Part shown: piece after piece, positions 7,113 through 16,789 of the stretch
Layout of the letters: the number at the start of each line of letters is the position of its first letter
Numbering within the stretch: position 1 is the first letter of the stretch
Source: a virus
Lineage: Duplodnaviria; Caudoviricetes
Virus record (IMG/VR): IMGVR_UViG_3300025401_000012
DNA length: 64,000 bases
Strand: one strand, 5' to 3'
Position numbers and translations under genes: made by a program
Notes under the pieces: model-generated
Told to the model about the DNA's origin: nothing
The model's input: the letters and a program-made list of their open reading frames with translations, nothing else
Database searches by the model: none

Positions 7113-9782
7113 TTAAAACTCAAATAAACTGTTAAATGTATTTTTTTCTTCTGTACTATTGATGTCCCAATTTAATACACCAATTAAGTTATCTAACTTA
7201 TTATCGATAATAGTTTGTTCCATCTCAGCGTGATCAAATGCTAAGTCTTTGAACCACTGTGGTAACCTCAGTTCATCCACTGGATATGCAACTGATGTAA
7301 AACCTAACGGATTAGGTTTGAGTTTACAAACAATAACTTTTGCACCGTCTGTAATACCCATAGAATATTTGTCGTTATACATTCGTTTAAGAGTATTCCA
7401 ATTGATACTAGCACGAACGTGACCGGGCATATTAGCTTTACCTGCTTTGGCTTCTTTAGCTTGATAGTCGGTGATATTGTTAGCACGTTTAGGTGAACCT
7501 TTTTCCCAACCAGGTCTCCCTTTGAATTTAATTCTAAATTCACTAATCATATCTAACACTTCTTTTTCACCTTTGCCTAGTAATACCATTTCAAGAACAT
7601 CACTTAAAAAGTTTTGAATAAATTCTGGAGTATCACTACGCTTAAGATCTAAGCCCATGGCCTTAATTTTACCAGGTTTACCATCCACATCTGTACGTTT
7701 GCCTTCTTTATCATAATAAAGCACTGCATAGCGTTTCTTGGTAATAAACAATGCTTTACTTCCTACAATTTCTCTGCCTGCTCGTATAACTTCTCCTCGA
7801 GTTTTTGGACAATGAAATTGATCTAGCATAAATTGTGGGAATGTAGTATTAACTTCTTCACCAATTTGGTCGTATAAAGCAACAACTGTTTCTTTTGTCC
7901 ATGGAATCTTCCCAGCATCGATGTCTTTTTGAAGTGTTTTATATGCACTAAAATAGCACGAGTCAGTGTCTCCGTAGATGACAGCTTTGCCTTTGTGATC
8001 ATACTCACCGGCAATGATTTCATTTACTTTACTTGCCATATGTCGGACGATCTGGCGTCCTGTAAGTGTAGTTGATTGTCCAATACGTTTATCGAAGAAT
8101 CTGCACCCGCTATTAAGAATAGCACCATACAAACTGTTAAGATTAATCTTTTTAACAAGTTGTCGTTTGTCCCAATATTCTTCTTCAACTTTGTTTCCAG
8201 CTTTAATTGCATCTTTTAATTTGGCCTGCATTTCCTTACGTTCTGCATACCAACGCTTTAACAGCCCAGGAATAATACCTTCTTTTTCATAAGTGAAAAT
8301 AGTACCGTTTGCTGAAAGCATCCAAGGCTGATTGCTTTCGTAAATAAGTCTATAAACTTCTGCAGCACTTAAGATATCAGTTTCGCCATTTTCCCAATCG
8401 ATAGTTATATCAGTTCCAATCTCTTGATTCATTACAGCTTCATATTCTAAACTACCAAAGACACCTTCCCAAGATGCTGCAAAACTCTTGCCTTTCGCCA
8501 TTTGTAATTCGATAAATTCTTCTGTTTTTGTTTGTCGTAATTGTCCAATAATAGTCTCTGGACCCATATTTAATGCACGAATAGCTGACGGATACAGACT
8601 GTTAATATCTAAAGATCCAACCCAGTCTACAATGCCTTCTTTAGGAACTGCCACATACGCACCAGCCGCAGCCGTATTTTCTTCTCGGTCGTCTTTCTTA
8701 ATACGATTAGGAACTTGAAAACCTCTGCGGTGTGCTTCGTTAATAATAGCTTGTTCAGTGACGGCCACAGCGCCCATTGTAGTTTGCAACAATACTGTAT
8801 TTTCATGTGCTAGTGTGTTAGCAAGATCCATGAACTTTAATTTTTTATCTAAATCGTCAAGAAGTTTACAGTCATTAATATTATATTCAACAAATGTTTT
8901 AAAATCATTATTGTATAGTTGATCAAGTGTACCTTCGTATTGTGTTTTACGTTGACCCAATTCATATTCTGCAATAGCATCTAGTCTATAACTATGTCGT
9001 TCTTCGTATGTATACTTGCGATATAATTCGAGATAATCTAAATGTACACGACCGACATAATCGTAAGTTGTACTAGTACGACCGTATTTTTCGTATTCGC
9101 GTTTTTTAGGTAATTGATCAAATAAACAAAATCGTCTAGTATCTTCTTTACTCAATGCCTTGATGACACGATTAGTAGTATAAGGCACGTCAAATCCTTC
9201 GCTATTCCAACCACTAATAACATCAGCATCTTGTATAAGATCTAAGAACATGCTTAATAAATCTGCTTCGTTATCGAACAAATAAGTATTGGGAAAGTCC
9301 TTAACCATTTCCTTAGCTTCTTCCATCTTAAGACCTTTAGGCGGAATAGCTAAACATACCATAGTTTCCAACCATTGTAAGTAGACAGCAATCGCAGTGA
9401 TTGGCATAAATGCATCGTCTGGACTAGCATAGCCACGCTCCGGATCAAAGTCTACCTCAATATCAAAGAACGCTGTGTGTAATTTAGGAGGATCTTGGTT
9501 AAGATAATGTTCGCTTAGTGTTACAAAGATTGGATTAATATCAGACTCATATAAAGTCTTGCCGCTATTAATGGCTTGTTCTTTGCGTAGTTCTTTTGTA
9601 TTTTTACAAACAATACGTGTAAGTGTATCACCGTAGATTGATTGAAATTTGCCCTTAGGGTCTTTGACGTAAAATGTGTGCTTGACAGGAATGTCTCGAA
9701 ATTCACGTTCACCTTTTTTGTTACGTTCAACAACTCGAATGATATCATTCTCGCGGTCAAACCATGCGTCTACATACGACAT
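7113..9782 (-). CDS. Family B DNA polymerase (T4 gp43-like)
   Basis: Exonuclease motifs FFDIEV, GWNSEGFD, YNINDC; polymerase motifs SLDINSLYPS, KINLNSLYG, YGDTDS, KKRY. Confidence 0.97.
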   Translation of the reverse strand: MSYVDAWFDRENDIIRVVERNKKGEREFRDIPVKHTFYVKDPKGKFQSIYGDTLTRIVCKNTKELRKEQAINSGKTLYESDINPIFVTLSEHYLNQDPPKLHTAFFDIEVDFDPERGYASPDDAFMPITAIAVYLQWLETMVCLAIPPKGLKMEEAKEMVKDFPNTYLFDNEADLLSMFLDLIQDADVISGWNSEGFDVPYTTNRVIKALSKEDTRRFCLFDQLPKKREYEKYGRTSTTYDYVGRVHLDYLELYRKYTYEERHSYRLDAIAEYELGQRKTQYEGTLDQLYNNDFKTFVEYNINDCKLLDDLDKKLKFMDLANTLAHENTVLLQTTMGAVAVTEQAIINEAHRRGFQVPNRIKKDDREENTAAAGAYVAVPKEGIVDWVGSLDINSLYPSAIRALNMGPETIIGQLRQTKTEEFIELQMAKGKSFAASWEGVFGSLEYEAVMNQEIGTDITIDWENGETDILSAAEVYRLIYESNQPWMLSANGTIFTYEKEGIIPGLLKRWYAERKEMQAKLKDAIKAGNKVEEEYWDKRQLVKKINLNSLYGAILNSGCRFFDKRIGQSTTLTGRQIVRHMASKVNEIIAGEYDHKGKAVIYGDTDSCYFSAYKTLQKDIDAGKIPWTKETVVALYDQIGEEVNTTFPQFMLDQFHCPKTRGEVIRAGREIVGSKALFITKKRYAVLYYDKEGKRTDVDGKPGKIKAMGLDLKRSDTPEFIQNFLSDVLEMVLLGKGEKEVLDMISEFRIKFKGRPGWEKGSPKRANNITDYQAKEAKAGKANMPGHVRASINWNTLKRMYNDKYSMGITDGAKVIVCKLKPNPLGFTSVAYPVDELRLPQWFKDLAFDHAEMEQTIIDNKLDNLIGVLNWDINSTEEKNTFNSLFEF

Positions 9783-9797
9783 AAATTTTCTTCTCCA

Positions 9798-9842
9798 TGC
9801 AATTTGAGGCTTGCAAACACCTTCATGCGGTTTATGGCCCGC
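9798..9842 (-). promoter_or_regulatory. Two tandem RNA hairpins in the DNA polymerase leader (candidate translational operator)
   Basis: GCGG-GCCAUAAA-CCGC (9842-9827) and UGCAA-GCCUCAAA-UUGCA (9815-9798), followed by the GGAGA RBS. Confidence 0.45.
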
Positions 9843-9864
9843 CGACCTTTCCTAGTATACTTAG

Positions 9865-10122
9865 TTAGATACGTTTTGTAATATCTAAAATAGCTTCAAT
9901 TTCTTCCCAATCTGCATTATAAGCCTGCCAATCGCCTTTATGTGCAATTTTAATTGCACGATTGATAACACTTGGTTTTACTTGTAATTCTTCTGCTACA
10001 GCCTTAACTGTTTCTTTTAAACCTTCTTGTAAATCTTCAACTTCACGCAGAACAGTTGAACCTTCTGCAATCAAACGTTCTAATTTTGCCTTTTCTTCGG
10101 GACCATAACTACGACCTGACAT
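9865..10122 (-). CDS. Small helical dsDNA-binding protein (T4 DsbA/GapR-like), putative
   Basis: 85 aa; pattern LERLIAE...LKETVKAVAEELQVKPSVINRAIK. Confidence 0.5.
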   Translation of the reverse strand: MSGRSYGPEEKAKLERLIAEGSTVLREVEDLQEGLKETVKAVAEELQVKPSVINRAIKIAHKGDWQAYNADWEEIEAILDITKRI

Positions 10123-10187
10123 ATTATCTCCTTAACTATATTGCCTATTATATACTAATTATCTTGTAAACACAACCTTTAGAGGTG

Positions 10188-10215
10188 AAAATGGCAGAAA
10201 TTAATCTGCCATTTT
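10188..10215. terminator. Intrinsic terminator hairpin
   Basis: AAAATGGCAGA-aattaa-TCTGCCATTTT inverted repeat just after the stop of 10222..12942. Confidence 0.75.
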
Positions 10216-10221
10216 ACTTGA

Positions 10222-12942
10222 TTAACCTCGAGCAATCTTTAACCAACGAGCTAGTTCATCATGGTATGATTCTTTAACACCGTTTGTATTTGGCATAGAT
10301 GTACCATCTTTTCCAATAGTTGTTCCACTAGGTATCAATTTACTACCAAATAAATCTTTACCATCTGGGCCTGTAACTGGTGATGGAGATGTTTTAAATT
10401 TACCAGAATTATCTGTAGTAGTTCCTGCAGGGCTTGATGCTGTTCCAGATTTGTCAGCAGCCTTTTTCTCTCCAGCAACTGAAGTTGCAGCTGCTTCAGC
10501 TGCTTTCTTTTTATCAGCATCTGACACTGGACCTGCTGCGGTTCCTGGACCACTAGGAATAGTAGTTGCAGCGTTACCGCCTTTGTTTGGATCTAGATTA
10601 GAACTGTTAGAATGATCAACTTTGGCGATAACTTGATCACCGTGCGCTACAGCTTTGGTCCAGGCTGGATCTACATCTTTAGGATCGTGTGCTTTTTCTA
10701 ATGCACGAATCTTGTCAATGATTGCTTGCTGTTCTGGAGTTACTTTACTAGCCGATGCATCTGGAGTAGTTGTAGGAGTATCTCCTGTTGTTGTACCAGT
10801 ATCAGCAGATCCTATTCCACTATTATCACCGCCACCACCTGTTGTTGTAGGTTCTGGAGTATCATCTCCGCTTAATGCTGCCGCACCACCGATACCTAGT
10901 GCTGTAGCACCTAACCCAGCTTTAATTGGATTCTTAGCAATTGCAGCTCCGGTCTTAAGCCCAGCTTTTTCAGCACTAGATAATGCTTTGCCTCCGGATC
11001 CGCCCATCTTAGCTAGTCGTTCTGCAGCTGCTGGACTTGCACCACCCTTAACAGTAGATCCTATAAATTTACCAGCACCTTTAACAGCATCTTTACCCAT
11101 GTTCCACAATGCACTTCCTAGTCCTTCTACAATTTCAACTTCGCCTTTTTCATAAGCATCGTTAATAACTGATATAGTAGTTAAGTCTGTTACTTGTTCA
11201 CCGATACCATTATACATATAATAGTATTCGTCTAGATAATATCTTTGTTCTAGTGTTTCTCTAATTGCAGCTTTAGTTTCAATTAATTGTAAACGTTCTT
11301 GTAAACTACGAATACCTTCGGCAACTGTTTGCTGGGATTCTTTGATTCCAGCTTTGCCATATGTTGCTGGGCCTGGTAATCCGTCCGGAGTAAGACCTTG
11401 CGATTGTTGCCATGCTACTAATTTTTGTTTTGTTTCTGGACCCATCATACCATCTGGTTTTGCACCAATTATTTTTTGTAATTGCATTAGTTTTGCATCA
11501 CCGCCAGTTGTTCCTGTCGGAGATGCAGCATCTCCAAATTTACCAGCTTTATAATCACGTGCTAGATTAGCAGCATCTAACCCCATTGATACTGCACCAC
11601 CTACTCCAGGCACTAGACTTAATGCGGCACTAACACCTGCAATTCCTGCGCCAGTCCAATCACCTTCTTGGGCACGTTTGATAGCATCTACAGTACCAAC
11701 AACTAATCCAACACCTGGAATTAATTTGCTTAACATTTTACCACCAGCTTTTGCACCTGCCTTAGCAGCCACTTGTGCAGCCGCTTCTTCAGCACTCTTT
11801 GCAATAGGAACGCCAGCTTTTTGTAAACCAGCGGCAATCTTTGGTGCTTCGGCAGCTGCTGCTGGCGCTGTTTTTGCTATATCTGCAACTCCGGTAGATG
11901 CAGCTTTCATCTCAGGTGCTGCATACTTTACATTACTCACATTACCTTGCATTTGTCCGCCACTAAAATTAGGAGCGGCTTTTGGAACTTCTGCTTTCGG
12001 AACTTCTGCAGCAGGTAATTCTGGTGCTTTATATGAAGCACGGCCAGCTTCAACATTTGCGCCAGCTGAACCTCTAGCGGTCAACGGCTTATCCAATGGA
12101 TCAGCAACATTATATTTTGTTCGCATAAATCCAGGAAGATTTGGATTATCTGCGAGTTCATCTAACTGATAGCCAAAACTTTCAACAAGGCTTTGTGCAA
12201 TACCTGAATTAAATTCTGTACCTTCTCTGTATAGTTGATGATACAAATCAGTTCCTCCACCGGCTAAACCAGTAACAGCAGCACCCGGTAACCCTCCTAC
12301 TACAGCACCAGGGATTGCGCTAGCACCTGTTGCCAGTGCAAGTTCTTTCCAATTAAGTGATTTATTTTTAGGTTTAGGAGTTGGTCCAGGAGTTGGTCCA
12401 GGAGTTGGTCCAGGAGTTGGCATTGGCGCAATATCGCCTTTTATTGTTGCTTCTAGTTGTGCAATTAGTTCTTCTAATTTTTTAGCATCATCATTTGCAA
12501 CAGGAGTTGGTCCAGGCGCTGGGGCCGGAGCAGGAGTTGGTTTGTCTATATCTACCAATGCTTTAGGATCGACATAGGCATACCCTCCTTTGTCAATAAT
12601 TTGTAAACCGGCTGCACGAATACGTGCTGCATCCTTTTGACTTTCTCCAGGACCGCCTGATTGCATCCACTTAAATGGATATCCTTTAGGTTGGGGAGTA
12701 CCGATCTCACCGCCATCGTCTCCGTAAAAAATTTGTCCAGTTTTTGGATTAATAGCTATTCCAAAACGCGGAATTTGATTCATTGGTGTATTTGCTATTT
12801 TTTTAACATCGGCAATCGCAGCTGATTTAGCATCATCTGATTTAAATTTATCGTATGCAGCACGTTGCAGATCTGTATCAGAAGGAGGTTTGCTTTCTTC
12901 TGCAATGTGATCCAACCTTGTCATTAAATCTCTTAAGTTCAT
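10222..12942 (-). CDS. Large Ala/Gly/Pro-rich virion-associated protein with a peptidoglycan-binding-like domain
   Basis: PG_binding_1-like LMQLQKIIGAKPDGMMGPET...WQQSQGLTPDGLPGPATY; PTPG linker; start set at MNLRDL behind a TAAATA motif and GGGG RBS. Confidence 0.7.
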   Translation of the reverse strand: MNLRDLMTRLDHIAEESKPPSDTDLQRAAYDKFKSDDAKSAAIADVKKIANTPMNQIPRFGIAINPKTGQIFYGDDGGEIGTPQPKGYPFKWMQSGGPGESQKDAARIRAAGLQIIDKGGYAYVDPKALVDIDKPTPAPAPAPGPTPVANDDAKKLEELIAQLEATIKGDIAPMPTPGPTPGPTPGPTPKPKNKSLNWKELALATGASAIPGAVVGGLPGAAVTGLAGGGTDLYHQLYREGTEFNSGIAQSLVESFGYQLDELADNPNLPGFMRTKYNVADPLDKPLTARGSAGANVEAGRASYKAPELPAAEVPKAEVPKAAPNFSGGQMQGNVSNVKYAAPEMKAASTGVADIAKTAPAAAAEAPKIAAGLQKAGVPIAKSAEEAAAQVAAKAGAKAGGKMLSKLIPGVGLVVGTVDAIKRAQEGDWTGAGIAGVSAALSLVPGVGGAVSMGLDAANLARDYKAGKFGDAASPTGTTGGDAKLMQLQKIIGAKPDGMMGPETKQKLVAWQQSQGLTPDGLPGPATYGKAGIKESQQTVAEGIRSLQERLQLIETKAAIRETLEQRYYLDEYYYMYNGIGEQVTDLTTISVINDAYEKGEVEIVEGLGSALWNMGKDAVKGAGKFIGSTVKGGASPAAAERLAKMGGSGGKALSSAEKAGLKTGAAIAKNPIKAGLGATALGIGGAAALSGDDTPEPTTTGGGGDNSGIGSADTGTTTGDTPTTTPDASASKVTPEQQAIIDKIRALEKAHDPKDVDPAWTKAVAHGDQVIAKVDHSNSSNLDPNKGGNAATTIPSGPGTAAGPVSDADKKKAAEAAATSVAGEKKAADKSGTASSPAGTTTDNSGKFKTSPSPVTGPDGKDLFGSKLIPSGTTIGKDGTSMPNTNGVKESYHDELARWLKIARG
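12377..12420. repeat. 12-bp tandem repeat (GGAGTTGGTCCA x3.7) encoding a PTPG linker
   Basis: Directly visible; in frame within 10222..12942. Confidence 0.9.
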
Positions 12943-12962
12943 TATTTTTCCCCGACTTGATA

Positions 12963-12969
12963 TATTTAT
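12963..12969 (-). promoter_or_regulatory. T4-late-like promoter (A)TAAATA
   Basis: About 20 nt upstream of the ATG at 12942; the motif recurs before many late-type genes. Confidence 0.6.
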
Positions 12970-13817
12970 TTTACTGAGCATTTAGGCACTAGTTTACCGT
13001 TTTTAGTTTGCATGCCTGTTTGAACTTGTCCTGCACGACACACACTAGTTTTCTTTTTTGGCTTAATTGTTTTAGGTGCTGGTAACACATCTTCACCGAT
13101 ATTTTTATCTATTCCTCGACTAGCAACTCCGCCTTGCTTACGTTTTTTAGCAAGTTCGCTAATACCGTGGCGAATTTGTTCCAAATTTTGTTCTAGCCCC
13201 ATGAACATACCACCCTTGGCTTTTGCACAAATTTGTTCCCAAGCAAGTAAATCGTTTGACTCTGCTAATTCAGCAAGCTCTTTTAGTTGAGCACGAGTGC
13301 GCATGATACGATCTTTAAGTGTTGCTGGATTAGCTTTTTCGTGACTATGAATTAATGGATTATTTGGATCTTCAGAATCCATAGCAATTGGAGCTTCGTC
13401 TACTACATAATTACCCATACCAGGACCAACAGTAGGTGCCTTAATTGCACCGTGTGTGCTCATTGGTATATCAAAATTTTCTTTCATTAATACACGTTTA
13501 GCAATAACACCAGCGTACTGATTAATCAATTGCTGTTTTCGTGTGCTTTCTTCTACTTGTTCTTGTTCAACTTCGTGAAAAAATTTATTAAGTAAACTTG
13601 GTTTACGTTCCGTAACGGGAGCAGATTCTTGCTTTTGATAATGTTGCATTGCCATTTGTACAGGTAATGCAACTTTATGTGGATCTTTACCTTCGTGCAA
13701 ATTTTGCACAGTGGCATTTTTATCTACAATAGATAAAAACTTAGCCATGTCATTAGCACCAGCTACAGGCTTTGTAGCAACACTATCCATAGCCTGTAGT
13801 ATGCGCTTCATGTCCAT
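12966..13817 (-). CDS. Putative internal head protein
   Basis: 283 aa, charged and low complexity, with repeated hydrophobic-x-E motifs (LHE, VDE, IGE); inside the head-protein-like block. Confidence 0.55.
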   Translation of the reverse strand: MDMKRILQAMDSVATKPVAGANDMAKFLSIVDKNATVQNLHEGKDPHKVALPVQMAMQHYQKQESAPVTERKPSLLNKFFHEVEQEQVEESTRKQQLINQYAGVIAKRVLMKENFDIPMSTHGAIKAPTVGPGMGNYVVDEAPIAMDSEDPNNPLIHSHEKANPATLKDRIMRTRAQLKELAELAESNDLLAWEQICAKAKGGMFMGLEQNLEQIRHGISELAKKRKQGGVASRGIDKNIGEDVLPAPKTIKPKKKTSVCRAGQVQTGMQTKNGKLVPKCSVK

Positions 13818-13821
13818 CGGA

Positions 13822-15525
13822 TTATCCCAATAGACGCTTTGTCAATGCACGGATTTGATCAACTTCACGATTTTCAACTAACGCTGGTTTTTCAGCACGA
13901 TTTAAACGAGCTAGTTGTTCTTGCATACGTGTAAAATCTGTAGATTCTTTTACGGTTTCTTTTGCTTTTTTACCAGAACGTAATGCAGCTAAGTCTGATT
14001 TCTCAATCTTGCCATCATGATCAGCATCGATCTTTTCTTGATTGCCTGGCAAATCTTTAACAGCTTTTTTCTCTGCCATATAAGCAGTAGTTTCTTTGAT
14101 GTTCTTCCACATAGCGGCTGCAGCAATTTTCTTACCTTTCTCACCGCCACCAGCTTTCTTAGCAACATCTTTAAAACTCTTGCCTGGCTTACCGATATCT
14201 TTGCCTGCTTTAGCTTTTTTAACTGTAGCAGACTTTTCAGCCTTGCTTAGACCTGCACTTGGTTTAGCTTCGGAAACTTTCTTTGCTCTACCTGTAGGAG
14301 TAGTAGTCGTTGCATATTGATGTATTTGATCAATCTTTTTATGATTGCCTTTTTCAAGAGCGTCCTCTGCTCCTTGTTTTAAGTTTGCACCAGGGCTTTT
14401 GCTTTTGCCAATCTGAGCTACTTTTATAGCAGAGTCTTGACTTCTTTGACCACGAGGTGCGGCTTCTTTAACAGCCTTGCCACCCTTTTCGTCTTTACCA
14501 AGACGTCCGGCGATAACATCACCGCGTGTAATTTTGTCATATGGTTTAGCATTGTTGGCTAGGTTACCGTCGCCTTTCTTAGACGTTTTAGATTTAGCTT
14601 CCATTACAACACCTGGACACTCGTAAATGCCACCACCGTTTAGGTGCGGATGTTGATGGTAGCATTCTCCCATTGCACCATGTGTAATAGTACCGCCACA
14701 TGATTCACATGCTTCTTTGTGATGCATTGCTAATTCTAAATTGCCTGATTTGTGATGTTTTGCATATTCGCAAGCATGGTGATGTGCCATGTTACCAGGA
14801 GCCATTTTGGCTTCATTGGTTGTTGTTTTACCATCTTTGTGAATAGTTTGTTTACCAGGATTTGACTTGCCCCATGCTTTAGATTCTTTTTCTGCAGCTT
14901 TATCCATTGCACGATCACCTGCTTTATCAGCACTACTACGTGCTTTGGCATGTGATTTTGTACGATCATTATCACTGTGTGGCTCATCTGTGAAACGATC
15001 TGGATTATGTTTGTGAGTAATTGTACTACCTTTTTTAGTAGTCGTGCCACCTGTGCTACTACGCTTTTCATAGTCGCCGTTATCATCTGATTTTTTGTTC
15101 TTCCAATCAAATGCGTTTTCTGCCATTTTAGCAGCATCTGCTTTTTTAAGAGCTTTAAGTTTTTCTTTAGCCTCGTTTAAACGGAATTTAAGAACACGTT
15201 TTTGACTTTCACTAATTGGTGCATGATCAACAGCTTCGCCGTACTCACCAATTTTCTTTTCATAAGCTAGATAATGGTAAACACTAGCAATATTAGTAGC
15301 AGCAATAGTAATTTTGCTTTGTACCCATGCTTCTAATTGTTCGTCATCATCGATATGTTCTTGTAAATTGGTAGCATAGTTAGCTAACTTAATTAGCTCT
15401 TGCTTGGCCATTGCGCCTTCTTGGTCGCCGTTACCTTCAGCTGGCCCTTCTAGGCTAGGGTCTGCACCCATATCTGGCATGTCTTGATCCATTTCTGGTG
15501 CTTCTTGATCTAATTCTGGTGGCAT
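13822..15525 (-). CDS. Putative internal head protein, Lys/His-rich mosaic
   Basis: 567 aa; many [VILT]-x-E-[AST] sites, a His/Cys-rich segment, an EF-hand-like DADHDG motif; preceded by TAAATA. Confidence 0.6.
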   Translation of the reverse strand: MPPELDQEAPEMDQDMPDMGADPSLEGPAEGNGDQEGAMAKQELIKLANYATNLQEHIDDDEQLEAWVQSKITIAATNIASVYHYLAYEKKIGEYGEAVDHAPISESQKRVLKFRLNEAKEKLKALKKADAAKMAENAFDWKNKKSDDNGDYEKRSSTGGTTTKKGSTITHKHNPDRFTDEPHSDNDRTKSHAKARSSADKAGDRAMDKAAEKESKAWGKSNPGKQTIHKDGKTTTNEAKMAPGNMAHHHACEYAKHHKSGNLELAMHHKEACESCGGTITHGAMGECYHQHPHLNGGGIYECPGVVMEAKSKTSKKGDGNLANNAKPYDKITRGDVIAGRLGKDEKGGKAVKEAAPRGQRSQDSAIKVAQIGKSKSPGANLKQGAEDALEKGNHKKIDQIHQYATTTTPTGRAKKVSEAKPSAGLSKAEKSATVKKAKAGKDIGKPGKSFKDVAKKAGGGEKGKKIAAAAMWKNIKETTAYMAEKKAVKDLPGNQEKIDADHDGKIEKSDLAALRSGKKAKETVKESTDFTRMQEQLARLNRAEKPALVENREVDQIRALTKRLLG

Positions 15526-15549
15526 GAGTATACTCCGTTTATCTTTATA

Positions 15550-15555
15550 TATTTA
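15550..15555 (-). promoter_or_regulatory. T4-late-like promoter TAAATA
   Basis: 25 nt upstream of the ATG at 15525, followed by a GGAG RBS. Confidence 0.6.
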
Positions 15556-16188
15556 GCCTCTTTTAACGGCGGGCCCACCAAATAAGCTGGTACCTTTAAT
15601 ATCTAAACCGTTTTTGGCTGTTCCATCTGAGTTTTTAGGTTGGTTAACTTTGGGTTGCGGCGGTGCTTTAGTACCTGACCCAGTTGCTACACTACCTGTA
15701 TAACTTTTTTTACCACGTGCCTTACCAGGACTAATGTGTGGATTTACTACTGTTCCAATATTAGCAGCACTAGTAGCACCTACTGTAGCCGATTCTGTTA
15801 CACCATGTTTTTTAGCGGCAGCAATACGTGCATGAAGATGATGCAATCCATGTTCCATACTTCGCGCTTCGCGTTCAGCACTAGTAAGATTTTGTTCGCG
15901 GTCTGCGTATTGCCAACCATTGCCGCCTAATGATTTATATTTTGCTAGCATTCTAGCATATTCGGCTTCTAGTTCTGGAAGATTAGCATGATCTTTTGCT
16001 GTAGCATCTTGGGCACGTTGATGTGTAGCCTGACGGTCTGCATCACGTTTTTCTTGATCTTGACGACGTAATTCATCATGTTCCGGATCGCCGTGTACAC
16101 GTAAGTTTTTAAATTTAGGATTATTCTTTTGTAAATCTTTAAAAAATGACATCATATCATTTTCGTTCATTAGCTCTCGCATTTTCAT
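15553..16188 (-). CDS. Putative internal head protein
   Basis: Starts MKMRELMNE; VTES site followed by ATVGATSAANIG; basic C-terminus. Confidence 0.6.
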   Translation of the reverse strand: MKMRELMNENDMMSFFKDLQKNNPKFKNLRVHGDPEHDELRRQDQEKRDADRQATHQRAQDATAKDHANLPELEAEYARMLAKYKSLGGNGWQYADREQNLTSAEREARSMEHGLHHLHARIAAAKKHGVTESATVGATSAANIGTVVNPHISPGKARGKKSYTGSVATGSGTKAPPQPKVNQPKNSDGTAKNGLDIKGTSLFGGPAVKRG

Positions 16189-16415
16189 TTCTTAATTCCT
16201 CTGTATCCAGTGCCGACAGCACGTTCGCCATTCATAAACTTAGGTAAACTAAACCACAACTTGAACCATTCTTCAGTTCCCGGTTGTATATTTTGTTCAC
16301 GCATGATTTTTGCTTTTTCTGTACCAGTTATACTGATATTACTTCCGCCGTAAGGTTGCAGGCCTTTAAATTCATTAACGCCAGCTAACTTCTTAAGACG
16401 TGCTAATTCATCCAT
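16185..16415 (-). CDS. Small putative head-associated protein
   Basis: Starts MDELARLKKLAG; coupled overlaps with both neighbours. Confidence 0.6.
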   Translation of the reverse strand: MDELARLKKLAGVNEFKGLQPYGGSNISITGTEKAKIMREQNIQPGTEEWFKLWFSLPKFMNGERAVGTGYRGIKK

Positions 16416-16789
16416 TATACACCGTACTTGTTCTTTTTAGTTTTAGCCACAGGACTTGCGGTATGGGTGTCATCGGGTTCACGGCTAGGTGTACGCGGGC
16501 GTACTTGATGATATTCTGTAGGAATAGCACTATGCACTTGTTGAATCATTTCGTGCTCTTTATCTGTATATGGATGTAAAGTCCACATAGTCCCCATCCA
16601 GCTTTCGTGATCGAGGTCTAATTTTTCTTTACTACCATCAGCCATAGCTAGTGCCATGCCAGTTCTTAATTGATGATAGCTAGGAAACCAACCTCCGGGA
16701 TCACGTTGACGACTAAACCCCTGATGAACAGCATCGTGATGTTCGTGTGGTTTGCCAGATCGCTCAACAATAAATTCTTTAGCTCTCAT
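16415..16789 (-). CDS. Putative internal head protein; paralogue of the C-terminal domain of 16789..18063
   Basis: MRAKEFIVE start and SPVAKTKKNKYGV end. Confidence 0.65.
   Translation of the reverse strand: MRAKEFIVERSGKPHEHHDAVHQGFSRQRDPGGWFPSYHQLRTGMALAMADGSKEKLDLDHESWMGTMWTLHPYTDKEHEMIQQVHSAIPTEYHQVRPRTPSREPDDTHTASPVAKTKKNKYGV

Noticed and set aside
7113-9782. Intein, intron or split in the DNA polymerase
   Set aside because: 889 aa with all motifs at normal spacing and no splice-junction or LAGLIDADG motifs
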